Below, piece after piece: positions 1 through 11,600 of a DNA stretch of 47,107 nt. Below the pieces are notes generated by a model. The model was not told the DNA's origin. It worked only from the letters and a program-made list of their open reading frames with translations, and ran no database searches. The position numbers and the translations under genes are program-made. Origin of the DNA: Lenisia limosa (Eukaryota; Protista; Breviatea); contig LPNZ01006696.1 of NCBI GenBank assembly GCA_001655205.1, positions 1-47,107 on the forward strand. The letters are read 5' to 3'. Each line of letters opens with the position of its first letter. The stretch's first letter is position 1.

Positions 1-21
1 GGGGGGGGGCACCTGGAGGGC

Positions 22-34
22 GAAACACGTCATA
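22..34 (+). promoter_or_regulatory. Candidate CRE/ATF-like promoter element GAAACACGTCATA
   Basis: AAACACGTCATA also occurs at 13896-13907. Both copies lie ~190 nt upstream of a + strand ATG and downstream of a G-run. Function is inferred only. Confidence 0.3.
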
Positions 35-222
35 CCCTCCGAACCGACCCTTTTCAAAAAAAATTATGCGAAAAAGGGGATCATATCATATTAGCTAACT
101 GTTTTGTTAACAACTTCTCTCACTTATCGAATTATATCTATCAGAAATATATACACAGTTTTTTTACTGGTTAGAACATCTTTCGGCCACAATCTTTCGG
201 CTAAGAAGCCCTCCTTCTCCTC

Positions 223-3200
223 ATGAAAGAAACCCCTGAGTCGAATTATGTTGTATCTTCGTCTTCTTTATCGAGATTAGATCAGAAAAACGAGCAGGTA
301 AGGTTTCGGTTTGTTAGTCTTTTCATTTTGAAGACCCTTAAGCCTGCTGTTAGCGCTCCATTTCCTGTCGTTATATCAAGCGACCCCGTGAAGAAAGAAT
401 GCGAGGTGTTTGATGCTGAATCTGTCCACCCTAATAAGGGGTAAGCGGCTAGGGATAGCGTTATTAAGCATATATCGGTTAAATTTACCATTTGTAGCAC
501 CAGGGTAACAAAGCCGGGCAGTTCAAGAGGGAAGCTCTCAGTTTCCCAGACGCTAGCCCTTGTTCTGCTGCTTTCAATGCTGCTGTCGTCATCAATTATT
601 TTTTTCATCATGTTTTTTTCAGGTTTGTTTTCATCTTTGGAATCATTTTCTTCCTAGGCCAAAGTGCGGTTGGCAAAGTGACGGAAAGTCTTCAAGATGA
701 GCTTATCTCCGCAATTGAGAACCTCCTTGTCAAGGACCTTCGCAGTGCAGAGAGGGTTGTTGATCAAAACAAAGCCCTCTTCTCCTCTTCCTTCCTCAAT
801 TCAACAGTATGCTGCTTACATGAATCACATAATCAGCCTGTGACTGGCTTTCCCTCACCTTTCTCTTTAGTTGACAATTGAAACTGGATCCACCTTGAAT
901 CTATTTTTGATGAAGCAGTTTCTTTCCAACGCGGTTTGTTTTCCTCACCACCGGTTTAATTACTCACTATTAGAACCAAGTGTCTTCAGTTCATTTCACA
1001 TCTCCGGAGGGCTATCTTTTCGGTTTGGAGGGGTTAATCTGTATTGTCCTGGAGGCCAATGTCATATTTTATTGTTTGATGAAATACAGAAGAAAACAGT
1101 TCTTCCAGGTACAATCTTCAAAAAATAAGCTCGTTTTGGAGGGAGATGCAGGGGAGATGAAATGAGTGGACATCTGAAATGACGTATTAGGTGCCTTCAA
1201 GAGGGCGGCCGGCGACTCCTTCTATTACGGCCTATGGGAAGGCTACCAGGAAGGCATCTCGTATACTGTGGGTGCCCAGGCGGTTTTGGTAACGGTACAG
1301 ATCCCCGCATCGGCTAACACAACTTCCAATAATCTTGAGTGGAGAACAGACACCGACCTCAACAAGCTTGAACTTTCAGCCCAGTGGCCTGCCGACGGCA
1401 ATACCGGACTGGTGAGCCGCCAAGTCTTGCCGGGCTTCTTGGCCGTGACTGTTTTCCCTTCCCTTACCCAAATAGTGGTATACCCAAATTGATCCCTCCA
1501 ACAAGTCAATGGCCAAGTGGACTCCTCCATTCCAATACCTTGGTGAGGGGGGGGGGGGGNNNNNNNNNNNNNNNNNNNNNNNNNNNNNNNNNNNNNNNNN
1601 NNNNNNNNNNNNNNNNNNNNNNNNNNNNNNNNNNNNNNNNNNNNNNNNNNNNNNNNNNNNNNNNTCAATTGTACCAGACCAAAGTATAACGACATTGTTG
1701 GAATTTTTCTGGTATAGTCGAGACTAAAATTGGGGAGAAAGAGTATTATCCGCGTTTATTGTTTTATTTTTTTGTCTTGAGTTTATAATTGGTTCAATAT
1801 GAATTATCTTCAAGAACAAAGAAGCCTTGTGTTACCGGAAGCTCATATTTGGGCCTATATCGAACTGTATTTTCAGAAACGAATATAATTACTTCCAAAA
1901 AACATACAAACAGTGACGTGGACTTTGAGCTGTTCAAAAATTCTGAGAAAATGCCCCCATATTTAGTATGTATCTAAACACCTCCTAGGCTCAAGATCTG
2001 ATAAAGCCTGCCAGTGTGACGGATTGTAGACACGCTCTGGGTGACTTACTCGACGGCAGTGTATCCCGGTGCGGCTTTTGATGGGGTCACGGGAGTGGAC
2101 GTAGAACTCAGTTTCATGTCCTCCATCCTGAAGGAGCTCAACAGCCTGCCGGGTGACGTGTCCTATATCTACGTCATTGATTCAAATGGCGTTCTCCTGG
2201 GGTAGGCCAATGACTAGTCTGTCATGCCTAGATGAAGGTAACCCCACAGGTCCACTGAAGAGATAAGTGTCATTCAGTCAGTTAACGGTGTTGTGCAGCC
2301 CCGGCTGTTCGCAAACATTACCAATGAACGCATCTCTGCCTTGGCCGAATTCGTTGACGACAATGTACGATGGAATTCGCGGTCCTAAGGAATATCCGGT
2401 CACATATCTGAAGTTTAGAAACACCCTTCTATTTTTTATACTTTTTGATTATGGTTCGTGATTAGTACCTTTAATCCAATCATCGAATTTGTTTTCGTTT
2501 CACCCCCACCCCACAGGGCCTGATAGAAACGAGAGACTCCATTACCATCTCCGGAGACGTTTTCTTGCTGGCTGTCTCAAAGATCTCTTTGGAAGGACTG
2601 CAGTGGAGTATCATCCAACTTCTCAAGGTATACTCAAAGTTCCCCCCTTGTCTCCTTTCTTTTCTTAATGTAATTCGGACAACCTCTGACGCTTTTAGGA
2701 AGATTACTACTTGAAGGAAATCAAAGAAGACGGCCAAGAGTCGGTTATTCTCGCGGTGGTGTCCATCATCTGCTGCCTCTTTGCCTCTTTGTTCATCAGC
2801 TACGTCTCCATTTCACGTCCTCTCGCGAGGGTATCACTCCGAATGAAGAATATCAGCGAGCTCAATTTCGACAGGTAGGATGCCCCCCCCCCCCNNNNNN
2901 NNNNNNNNNNNNNNNNNNNNNNNNNNNNNNNNNNNNNNNNNNNNNNNNNNNNNNNNNNNNNNNNNNNNNNNNNNNNNNNNNNNNNNNNNNNNNNNNNNNN
3001 NNNNNNNNNNNNNNNNNNNNNNNNNNNNNNNNNNNNNGTGACCGTATAACGCTTTGATAAGAAGTGAGTAGGATCTAAGGCTCTTTTCAGGTTTGTTCCC
3101 GGAGTGGTTGTGGAGCGCATTGTCAGACAGGAGCCAAACTCATCTCAACTCCATGTTGTCCGTAAGACCGTCTCAATTCTCTTCAATGACATCCAGGGTA

Positions 3201-5516
3201 GGTCTTCAGAGCTCCCTTCGTATCTGACCATTTTTAGGCTTCACTGGTCTATGCGAGTCCTATTCCTCCGAGCTTGTGGTGACTGTCCTTGACGATTACT
3301 TTGCAATTATGACCAACATCATCATGGTTCGTCCCATTACAAATATCAATATTTTGGCAATTCGTTCTTTGTGTTGCTCACTGCGCAGTCATCGGGAGGA
3401 ACTATTGGAGATTTTATTGGAGACTCAATATTTTGTTTCTGGAACGCGCCGAACCCGATCAAACATCATTCTTTGGTTGCATTGGAGAATGCGCTGCAAC
3501 AAGTGAGTTAATGGACGATTCATGAAGGGGTGCTGTTTTTGTACTTTGACTCTTCTTCTCCTTACCTGTTTTTAGCTCAGTGAAATGCGTCTCCTCTATT
3601 CCGAAAAGTGGTCCAAGACAAGCCTCCCGCTGTTGCAAATCAGAATCGGTGAGTTTAGTGATACTCCATATTTATTTTAGGCTGAAGTGACCAAACGAAT
3701 TGTTCTAACCATGAAGGCATCCACACAGCTGAATTTTTTTAACCATGAAGGCATTCACACAGCCGAGTTGTTCTAACCATGAAGGCATCCACACAGCCGA
3801 GTTGTTCTTACCATGAAGGCATCCACACAGCCGAATTGTTCTAACCATGAAGGCATCCACACAGCCGAATTGTTCTAACCATGAAGGTATCCACACAGCC
3901 GAGGTTCTTGCAGGCAACGTGGGTTCCGAGGAGCGAATGAAATACACTGTTGTTGGAGATGGTGTCAACCTTGCTTCCAGATTGGGTAAGACTTAAGCAC
4001 TTTTCATCACCATAATGTCTACATTTCCATTACATTTTAGAGGGCCTTAACAAGCGCTACGGCACTTCGATCTTGATGACGGGAGACCTTCTGGAGAGTC
4101 TGGGCGCCGCGGCTGACCTCTTCACTATCAGGTGGGTGAACTGTTAATGGGCATGTTGTGGAGTTTTGTTCTCTTTTGATCGTTCATTGGGAATAGGTCA
4201 TCAGTAGACTTAGAATTTTTCCCAATAGATGGAAAATCATCAAAAAAAGTGGTAACCAGTACAAGTTTGTTTTTTCGGTTGTGCCAAAAATTACACTCAA
4301 ATAATGAGGGAAAACAACAAAATCAGCAGAAGTTGTTCCTTTATTCACTCAACTTAATAAGACGCAACCACTTAACTACCACTCTTCTCCCGTTCTCTCC
4401 CCAAAAACAAAACCAAAAAGTGACTCAAAAACTTCTACTTGTTCAATTTCCCTTATTTTTATGAAAATGAGCTGGAATGACTTACACCCTCCAGGCCCCT
4501 TGAAGTTGTCGTTGTGAAGGGTCGTCAAGGCGAAACTACTATCTTTGAGGTTGGTGCTACCTGCTTGAGATGTTCATACCCCAGGTTCTTGGCAAAAAGG
4601 AGGACACATCAGAGGAAACCCAAAACATGGTATCCAGCTTCACCACCGTATGAATTGGGATACTCTTTCAAATTTCATTCGCATTTTGACATTCTAATGG
4701 CAGCTGACTTGACAGCTCCATGAGTTAGTGGCTGAAGACGGAACTGCTGAGCAGGTTGAGTCTCACCTGAGGGACTTCCTCACTGAATTTCCGGATGACA
4801 TTCCAGGTTTGTTCTAATATGGGGGTAAACTACAAATTACTCACAATCTCTACACCTTTCTGTATGAATGTTAAAAATATGACAGTTATCTGTAATTTCC
4901 ATTCTTTCAAGTTCTTACCCATCCAGCCCAACTACTAGCTGAGAAAATCCACACCAGCAGCATGATTGAGCATTTGGACCAAAAATACGCATCATCAAGA
5001 GAACTTGTTAATCAACAAAACGGTAAGTTGAATCAAAAGAGCTGAACATCAGCTATCGTTTTGTATTTGGTCTTAACCCTGTAGCCCCACATTCTCAGGT
5101 TGGCGGTCTTGACTACCAACAGCCTGAGACTCTGATGAATGAAGAGGTTTGGATGGCGCGGCAGGGGTCTCTTATCTTTCAGAGTAATTTGAGTGTCGCC
5201 ATCCCTGAACTCGGAGCGCATCCCCAAGGTGTGTGGAGCTGCTGTGTTGATCCTCGTTTTTGTTCTTATCCTGACTTCTTCAGCTGTCGCCTCTCCTGGT
5301 GGTAGAAGTACGTCAAGCTTCGGAAGGTATGTCATTAGCTATCAAATGCCGAAACCTCTTTTTGGTTCATGCATTTGTTTTCGTTAAATTGGGTGACTCT
5401 TCAGCGAGCCCTTCTTCACTGCGGCAATCTCCAGACACTCTCTTACTGGCAGCATGGTCTCACATGCACACTCAATCAACAGGAAGAAGAGATTTATCCA
5501 TCTCATTGATTCCTAA
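223..5516 (+). CDS. Receptor-type class III nucleotidyl (adenylate/guanylate) cyclase: TM - Cache-like extracellular domain - TM - HAMP - cyclase - C-terminal extension; multi-exon
   Basis: Hand-spliced exons give TM1 ([22 protein letters not shown], ~555-620), a Cache-like motif [21 protein letters not shown]...[13 protein letters not shown] (~2075-2200), TM2 plus HAMP ([42 protein letters not shown], ~2740-2870), and catalytic motifs [75 protein letters not shown] and [14 protein letters not shown]. Stop TAA at 5514-5516. Two N gaps lie inside the gene. Confidence 0.88.
3697..3900 (+). repeat. Tandem array, 6 x 34 bp (GAATTGTTCTAACCATGAAGGCATCCACACAGCC), spanning an intron 3' end and exon start
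   Basis: Units start at 3697, 3731, 3765, 3799, 3833 and 3867 with 1-3 mismatches and no spacers. The last unit contains the acceptor AG at 3885-3886 that resumes the cyclase frame ([11 protein letters not shown]). Confidence 0.95.
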
Positions 5517-5673
5517 TCCCTCATTTTTATGATGAACGTAGAATGTTTTTTTATTTACAAAAAAATTGACATGTTGCAGAAGAAGGATAGGAACCCTGTA
5601 CAAATGGAATGATGAGAGATATTATATGTAATAAGACCTAAAAATAAATACTAAAATGAAACAAAAAGAAAAC

Positions 5674-8600
5674 TTATCTGAAATAGAAAATGGTGTACGA
5701 GGGATTGTTATCGAACTTTTCTCTGAGCTGTTCGAGGTCCAACGGTGACAGTGCGTTGTCACAGACATGGACCACAGCAAGATCTAAAGGATTAGACAGG
5801 CAAGGTTGCAGATCACTTTTTTTTTTTTTTTTTGACAATACGAGATTACTCANNNNNNNNNNNNNNNNNNNNNNNNNNNNNNNNNNNNNNNNNNNNNNNN
5901 NNNNNNNNNNNNNNNNNNNNNNNNNNNNNNNNNNNNNNNAAATTTAAACAAAAAAGAAAACAGCATTTTTGAACACAAAAAAAAAACAGCTTGGACTCAA
6001 ATCCAAAAGGATCAATAGACATCGTTTTCTTCGATATAATATTACTGTACACAGTTCAGCTTACATCTGCAGTGTTTGGATGCTTGGTGTGCGGAAAGAA
6101 CACTGGCCGCTTTGAGTCCACATGACTAAATCGGTTAACCATTGTAGAATAGAAGCGCCAACATATTTGTTCAGATGCCTACCTTGAGGGACAGTACCGA
6201 CAGGATTGAGGACCGCAGCGAAGTAATCAGCTCCCCCGCTTTAGGGCCCAAAGATGGGTTAGAGTCCAGGTATAGCCTGGAAGGTCATAATAATCAATCC
6301 AAGTAGCTAAAAGCCCCACCCACCGCTTGACATTGGTCAGTTTCGCAAGATCATCCATGGAGTTTTTGGAGATGTTACAGTCTGAAATGTCAAACACCAT
6401 TCGATAGTGGACCCCGATTAGCCCTCTTGTCAGATTGAGAAATGATGAAAGATGTATCTTTCAACAATTATCGGGTCATTGCTGCATGTCAGCTTACTGG
6501 CAAGAGTCAGGGAGGTGAGCGGCTTCTTTCGTTTCGAGATGGCCGTACAGAGCGAACTCAGCGAATCAGCCTGCAAGTGAGAAGGAGCACACGAAAAGAA
6601 AAGCAAGATAAAGGAGACGTAAGAAAGGCATAGAAGGCTTACTGAAGGGACAGAAAAGGAGAAGTCAATGACAGTGAGGGAGCTACACATTCCTGCTTTG
6701 GAGAAGAATGGAGTCAAAGCACCCTAAATTGTGAACAAAGGGTTGTGATGACCAGAAATCACCTTAATGCTGTGTTTGACATTTCTTAGACTTAGGCTCA
6801 ACAGACTGCCTGTTCCAAGACTCTGGTTCAGGTATTTGATGCTGCTGTCGTCCAAGTTCAAGTCACTTTGCGGTGAGCACAATAACAACAATACAAGGCC
6901 AGCTCTCAGATTTCTCATGTTCAGTGGGGAGCGGCTGACCTAGTTCTGAAGTGCTGTAGAGAGGGGCAAGAAGACAGGGCCATGAGGAGAGAGTTGGTGC
7001 CCTTTTTGCCGACACCAGGGTTATGCAGGCTCAAGCTGGCGGAGGATTGAGAAGGAGATGCCTAAGCACAATGGACCGATTTTATATCCTCTTTCCAATA
7101 CTACATGACAAAGAACCACCCAAACCTAGTTAACGCTGTTGGGAGTGAGAGAAGTGCGCACAAGTCGGAGGCGCCCTGATGTGTTAACAGGGAATAACGA
7201 TATCCTTGTTATTCCTCATCTTGAGAGTAGGGCTTACTTGGTGTCCAAGTTCATTGTCGGTCAGGTCAATACTACAGCATCATAAAAGGCTCAGACTGTA
7301 GATGAAAACAGGGGAAAAATCAAGCCGCCAACTGTGTGAGGCTCCGATTGGAGTGTAGGCCTGATATGATGACCTTGACTGAGCTTTGGTTGAGGCCGCA
7401 ATGCGCCAAATTGAGGGACTTCAGACAGTTGGTCCCACAGATGCCTGGAAGGAGGGCCAGTGCTGAAGATTTTGACATCTACTTTGTGAGAGTTCGAAGT
7501 GTGAAAGAACGAATGGCATGTATATGCATATGCAAAGTGCCTCTTTATAAGCAGGCAAACCTTGTTCCTTGATAGCGACAAAGTGGCCAACACACATGAA
7601 GGCTAGATGGATCAGAAATGCAAAACAGAAAGAGGCTGTGCAGTACCTGGAGCAGCCATCTCGACAAGGTCTTCAACGCCTTATCGTCAATGTCACATGA
7701 TGTAAGGTCCAACTCCACCACGCCCTTCGAGCTCTGAACGCATTAAACGTGCTACCATTAAGCTCTCAAGTTTCCTCGGTACGGTATTATTGGTCCCAAG
7801 ATATATTTTGGCCTACAATGCAGGCCTCAAAGAGGAGAGTAGCAGAGCGGCTTGATAGCGGGTTATTGGCGAGGATCAGGATCGGGGCTCGAGTAACGGG
7901 GAGCTGCACAGGTTACAGACAAAGCGAACCGACCTCTTGTGGTGGCGGGATGCTCAACCTGGATTGCTTCGATGGTGACTGGTCAAAGTCAGGGAAAACT
8001 GCCGCAATAATAGCCTTGAAGAACTTGGAGCTGAGTGCGTTGCGCGTGAGATCCACGCCTCGGATGCTCGGAAGATTGTCCATGATAGAGTGGCTACAAT
8101 GTAACACAGAGAAATGTCGTTAGAACCCACATGTACGCAGTGGTCGCTTTCTGTGGTTTGATGAGGGATGCAGCCAGGTCCAAGGAGGCTGGGAGGAGGT
8201 CGTCAATGATGATGCGTCCAGCAACAGGCTCGTATTCTCTGACAGAAGACAGCAGGCCGGCAAAAGTGGCAATGGCCTTGGGGTCCGGCATGGGCTGGAG
8301 AGGAGATAATGATATGCACACAAAAAGGTTAAGAAAATCTAGAAACAACAAGAATGATGGCAACATACCGGAAGAACAGTGAGGGAGTCACCATAGTCAA
8401 GAGCCTCGTTGACAGCTGACAAGAGGTCCGACGCATGGGGAGCGTCTGTGTTCCTGCGACGTGAGCCGGGATTAACTCTAATGGCTAAACTCAAAGGTAC
8501 ACACGTGGGTTTGTAGAAGCAATTGTACAAAGGTAGGTACGCCCCGAAACTGCACTTCATTCATCCTCATACAAAGAGCAGGCCTTCGCAAGACACTCCA

Positions 8601-11600
8601 AACGTGAAATTGCAGGGTCAACCGTAGGGTAGGAGTCTTCACAAGGCAGATACGTGAAGGGCGGTGGGAGGAAAGAAGTGTCGAATTCTAATTAGTGAGA
8701 ACCATTGCTTCAACTCAAGAATTATGAGTTGATGGCTGTGTAAAACTGGAAAATTAATGATAAAAAACCCAAAATCAGCAAAACGTTGATGGGGGAGTAA
8801 AATTGGTGGGTGAAGTAGGCTTCTATCTGATCCAAAAAAAACTATTTGATATATATCTGGGTATATCGAGTGTCATATACCGAAAGAGAAACATACTGTC
8901 TAAAGTGCCTTCAAGAGGCATGTCGTTCTCAAGGTGACGGTATACACGATAGGCTAAATTGTCAGCTCTGTTAATCAAAAACAAAATATGTGCATTGAAA
9001 GCTGGAAACTGCGTTAAAGAATGCTCAATGACATGCTTGAAAGCCCACCATCAAGGAGGAACGTCAGATTGTGGATTTTGTTGGGGGTCAATGGGATGTA
9101 AGCAGTTTTCTAGGAAGATGACTGAGATAATCCATCGCAGCGCCTCACACATATGATATGTAACAATACTCAGTGACACTAAGAGGGACAGCCCACGTTG
9201 TTGGAGATCGCGAGACAAACCCCTCCGGGCACTTTTTGATATCCGCCGAATTGTTCCCATGTAACACGTTCCCACTCCTAAAACGTGATATAGCAGGTTC
9301 CCACTCCTAAAACGTGATTAGCACGAGCAGCCCTACACAGCATCCACTCAACACCCTTGTTACCATTCTTGGGGACACGAAGTTGACATCATTCTCACCC
9401 ATAGCGTCACAGGTTTTCTGTACGAGTGAATAGAAACATGCACTGCGGTAGATTATGATGACATGCACCACATAACCTCTGTACAATGATTTCTGCATAC
9501 CTTATACTGAATAAAAAGGGCATCCTCAGCCACGGCAATTTTCAGTACTCCTCCCTCCATGCATGTCTGAATTGTTTAGTCCAAAAAGACCCCCCCCCCC
9601 CTNNNNNNNNNNNNNNNNNNNNNNNNNNNNNNNNNNNNNNNNNNNNNNNNNNNNNNNNNNNNNNNNNNNNNNNNNNNNNNNNNNNNNNNNGACCAAGTTC
9701 AAAAGCTTTTGAATACCCCACAAACATTTGATGAGAAGACAGTGCTACCAAAGAGCAGGCTTTCCTCGAGAATAGTAAGAACCTGAAGAAGTAAGGCAAG
9801 TGGGTGGCAAACCTTCAGCTCAGCACTGTAGGCTGAGAGGCCTGAAGATGACGAGTAAACTCGGAAAATGCGCTCTTGGAGCACTGAGACCGATTGTGAC
9901 ATTCGTGTGGGTTCGGGGATCAAGCAGATTAGCGCTCTCTCACTGTTTGTTATGAAGAAAGGGTAATAAATAATAGGTATCTTAAGAAAAACTGAACTAA
10001 ATAAGCTTATCAACCTCCTACTCAATGAGATCCGGAGTCATCCCCGCCTGTATGTTGCCTTGACGAGCCTAAAAATGATGTCATGGAAATCAGAACAATA
10101 TGTTCACGGTTTGAGACATTTTGCAACGCTAGTGGCAGGGAAGGTATCAAACCTGAAGAACAAGCCCGGCAATACGGATACACTGACTGTCAGACACCGG
10201 CCACTCGTTGTTCACCATTGACTGGTGGGCCTAGGGTATCAGAAACAAACATGATGACACGATCATCTAATACAATGAATACCTGTCCACTCACTTGAAG
10301 GAAAGTGAGGTGGACGGAAATCGGAGAAGGGACATTTCTGGGGTATTTCCACAGTCTGAAGACAGCCCAAAGTCTTGTTGATTCCGTAATGTTGCAGTCA
10401 GTAACTGTGTGCTGGGTGTTGAGCCAATTTTCTAAGACATTACATGGTGAAAAAGAAAAGAAGGGAAATAATGAGTTCAAAGATGACCCAGCTACCGGAT
10501 CCGTCAACATTGACTGTGCACAAGTCAAGGAGGATGGAGTTGTCCATTCCAACCTCACTACAAAACCGTACGATAACTGCCTACAGATATGGGTCAGAGA
10601 GAAGTCATATTTAATGCAACTAGGGTAACATACATGTAATATATATATGATATACTATATTATATATAGTATATATATATATACTATATCATATTCCATA
10701 ATATTCCATATAAATTACATGTCGACAACATAGTGAACAAGGTCCCTTCAAACCCCTATTTTCTCATCAGCAGCGGAGGGTATTTTGTAGCACGTGCCAT
10801 CAACAAGGGTAATGGCCAAGACAACTGTGCCGGGGGTGGATGGGCAGTGAGTGAATGGCGACATGTCCTTCCACAGCATTCCTCCAAGCCGGTGTGCCGA
10901 TACTTGCGGGACTAATGCGTCAATGAACAATAGGTTAGCTATACACTATTCAATTTAAAAAACCCGACCTGAGCTTATTCATGTGCCACAAGGCTACCCG
11001 CATACTGACAGGAGAGGGGTCAGCGGACAGGTGACAAGGTCGTGATACCACAAGTCCAGCCATGTTCAATCCGCCTTATTGGTGAGAGACAATTTGAATA
11101 TGATATTATGTAGGCTGGTTAATAGGCCAACTTGAAGTGAAAATGGAGAGTGCCGGGGTTGATCGTGATGAATCAGATGACTGGGCGTAAGGCGACCGCG
11201 TAACAACGCCGCGAGGCGACGAGATCGGCATGTCCCTCATGGCCTGGATGGCTCCTGAAGTGGCTTCCTTCAAAGCGTCTTTGGGGCTGGAGGCACGTCT
11301 CAATTTCGGAGTGGCTGGAATCTAGGAGTCTGTAAAATTCTATGATGACATAGGAATTCCTAAATTTACGTAAAAATTGTGGGAAGCCGAATGCGAACTT
11401 GAAAAATTTACGTAAATTTACGCAAAATTCCTGTACCCGAAAGGTCCCTTAGTAGTACATTTGTATATCGTAACGTAATCTGGGAAACTTTTTGTCTCAA
11501 ACGGAATATTTTACCCAAATGTTCCAAACCATATAAAAGCCGCCTACCTCGAGGGAAGCGGGTGACATGATGCCGATGGAAGGCGATAATGATGCCAGTT

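Noticed and set aside
3697-3900. 34-bp repeats as a CRISPR array, and the repetitive minus-strand ORF 3705-3968
   Set aside because: The repeats are head-to-tail with no unique spacers, there are no cas genes, and the context is a eukaryotic intron. The ORF is a by-product of the repeat.
4132-4494. 363-nt cyclase intron as a snoRNA host or mobile element; ORF 4249-4464
   Set aside because: I found no convincing C/D or H/ACA boxes, terminal repeats or coding signature.
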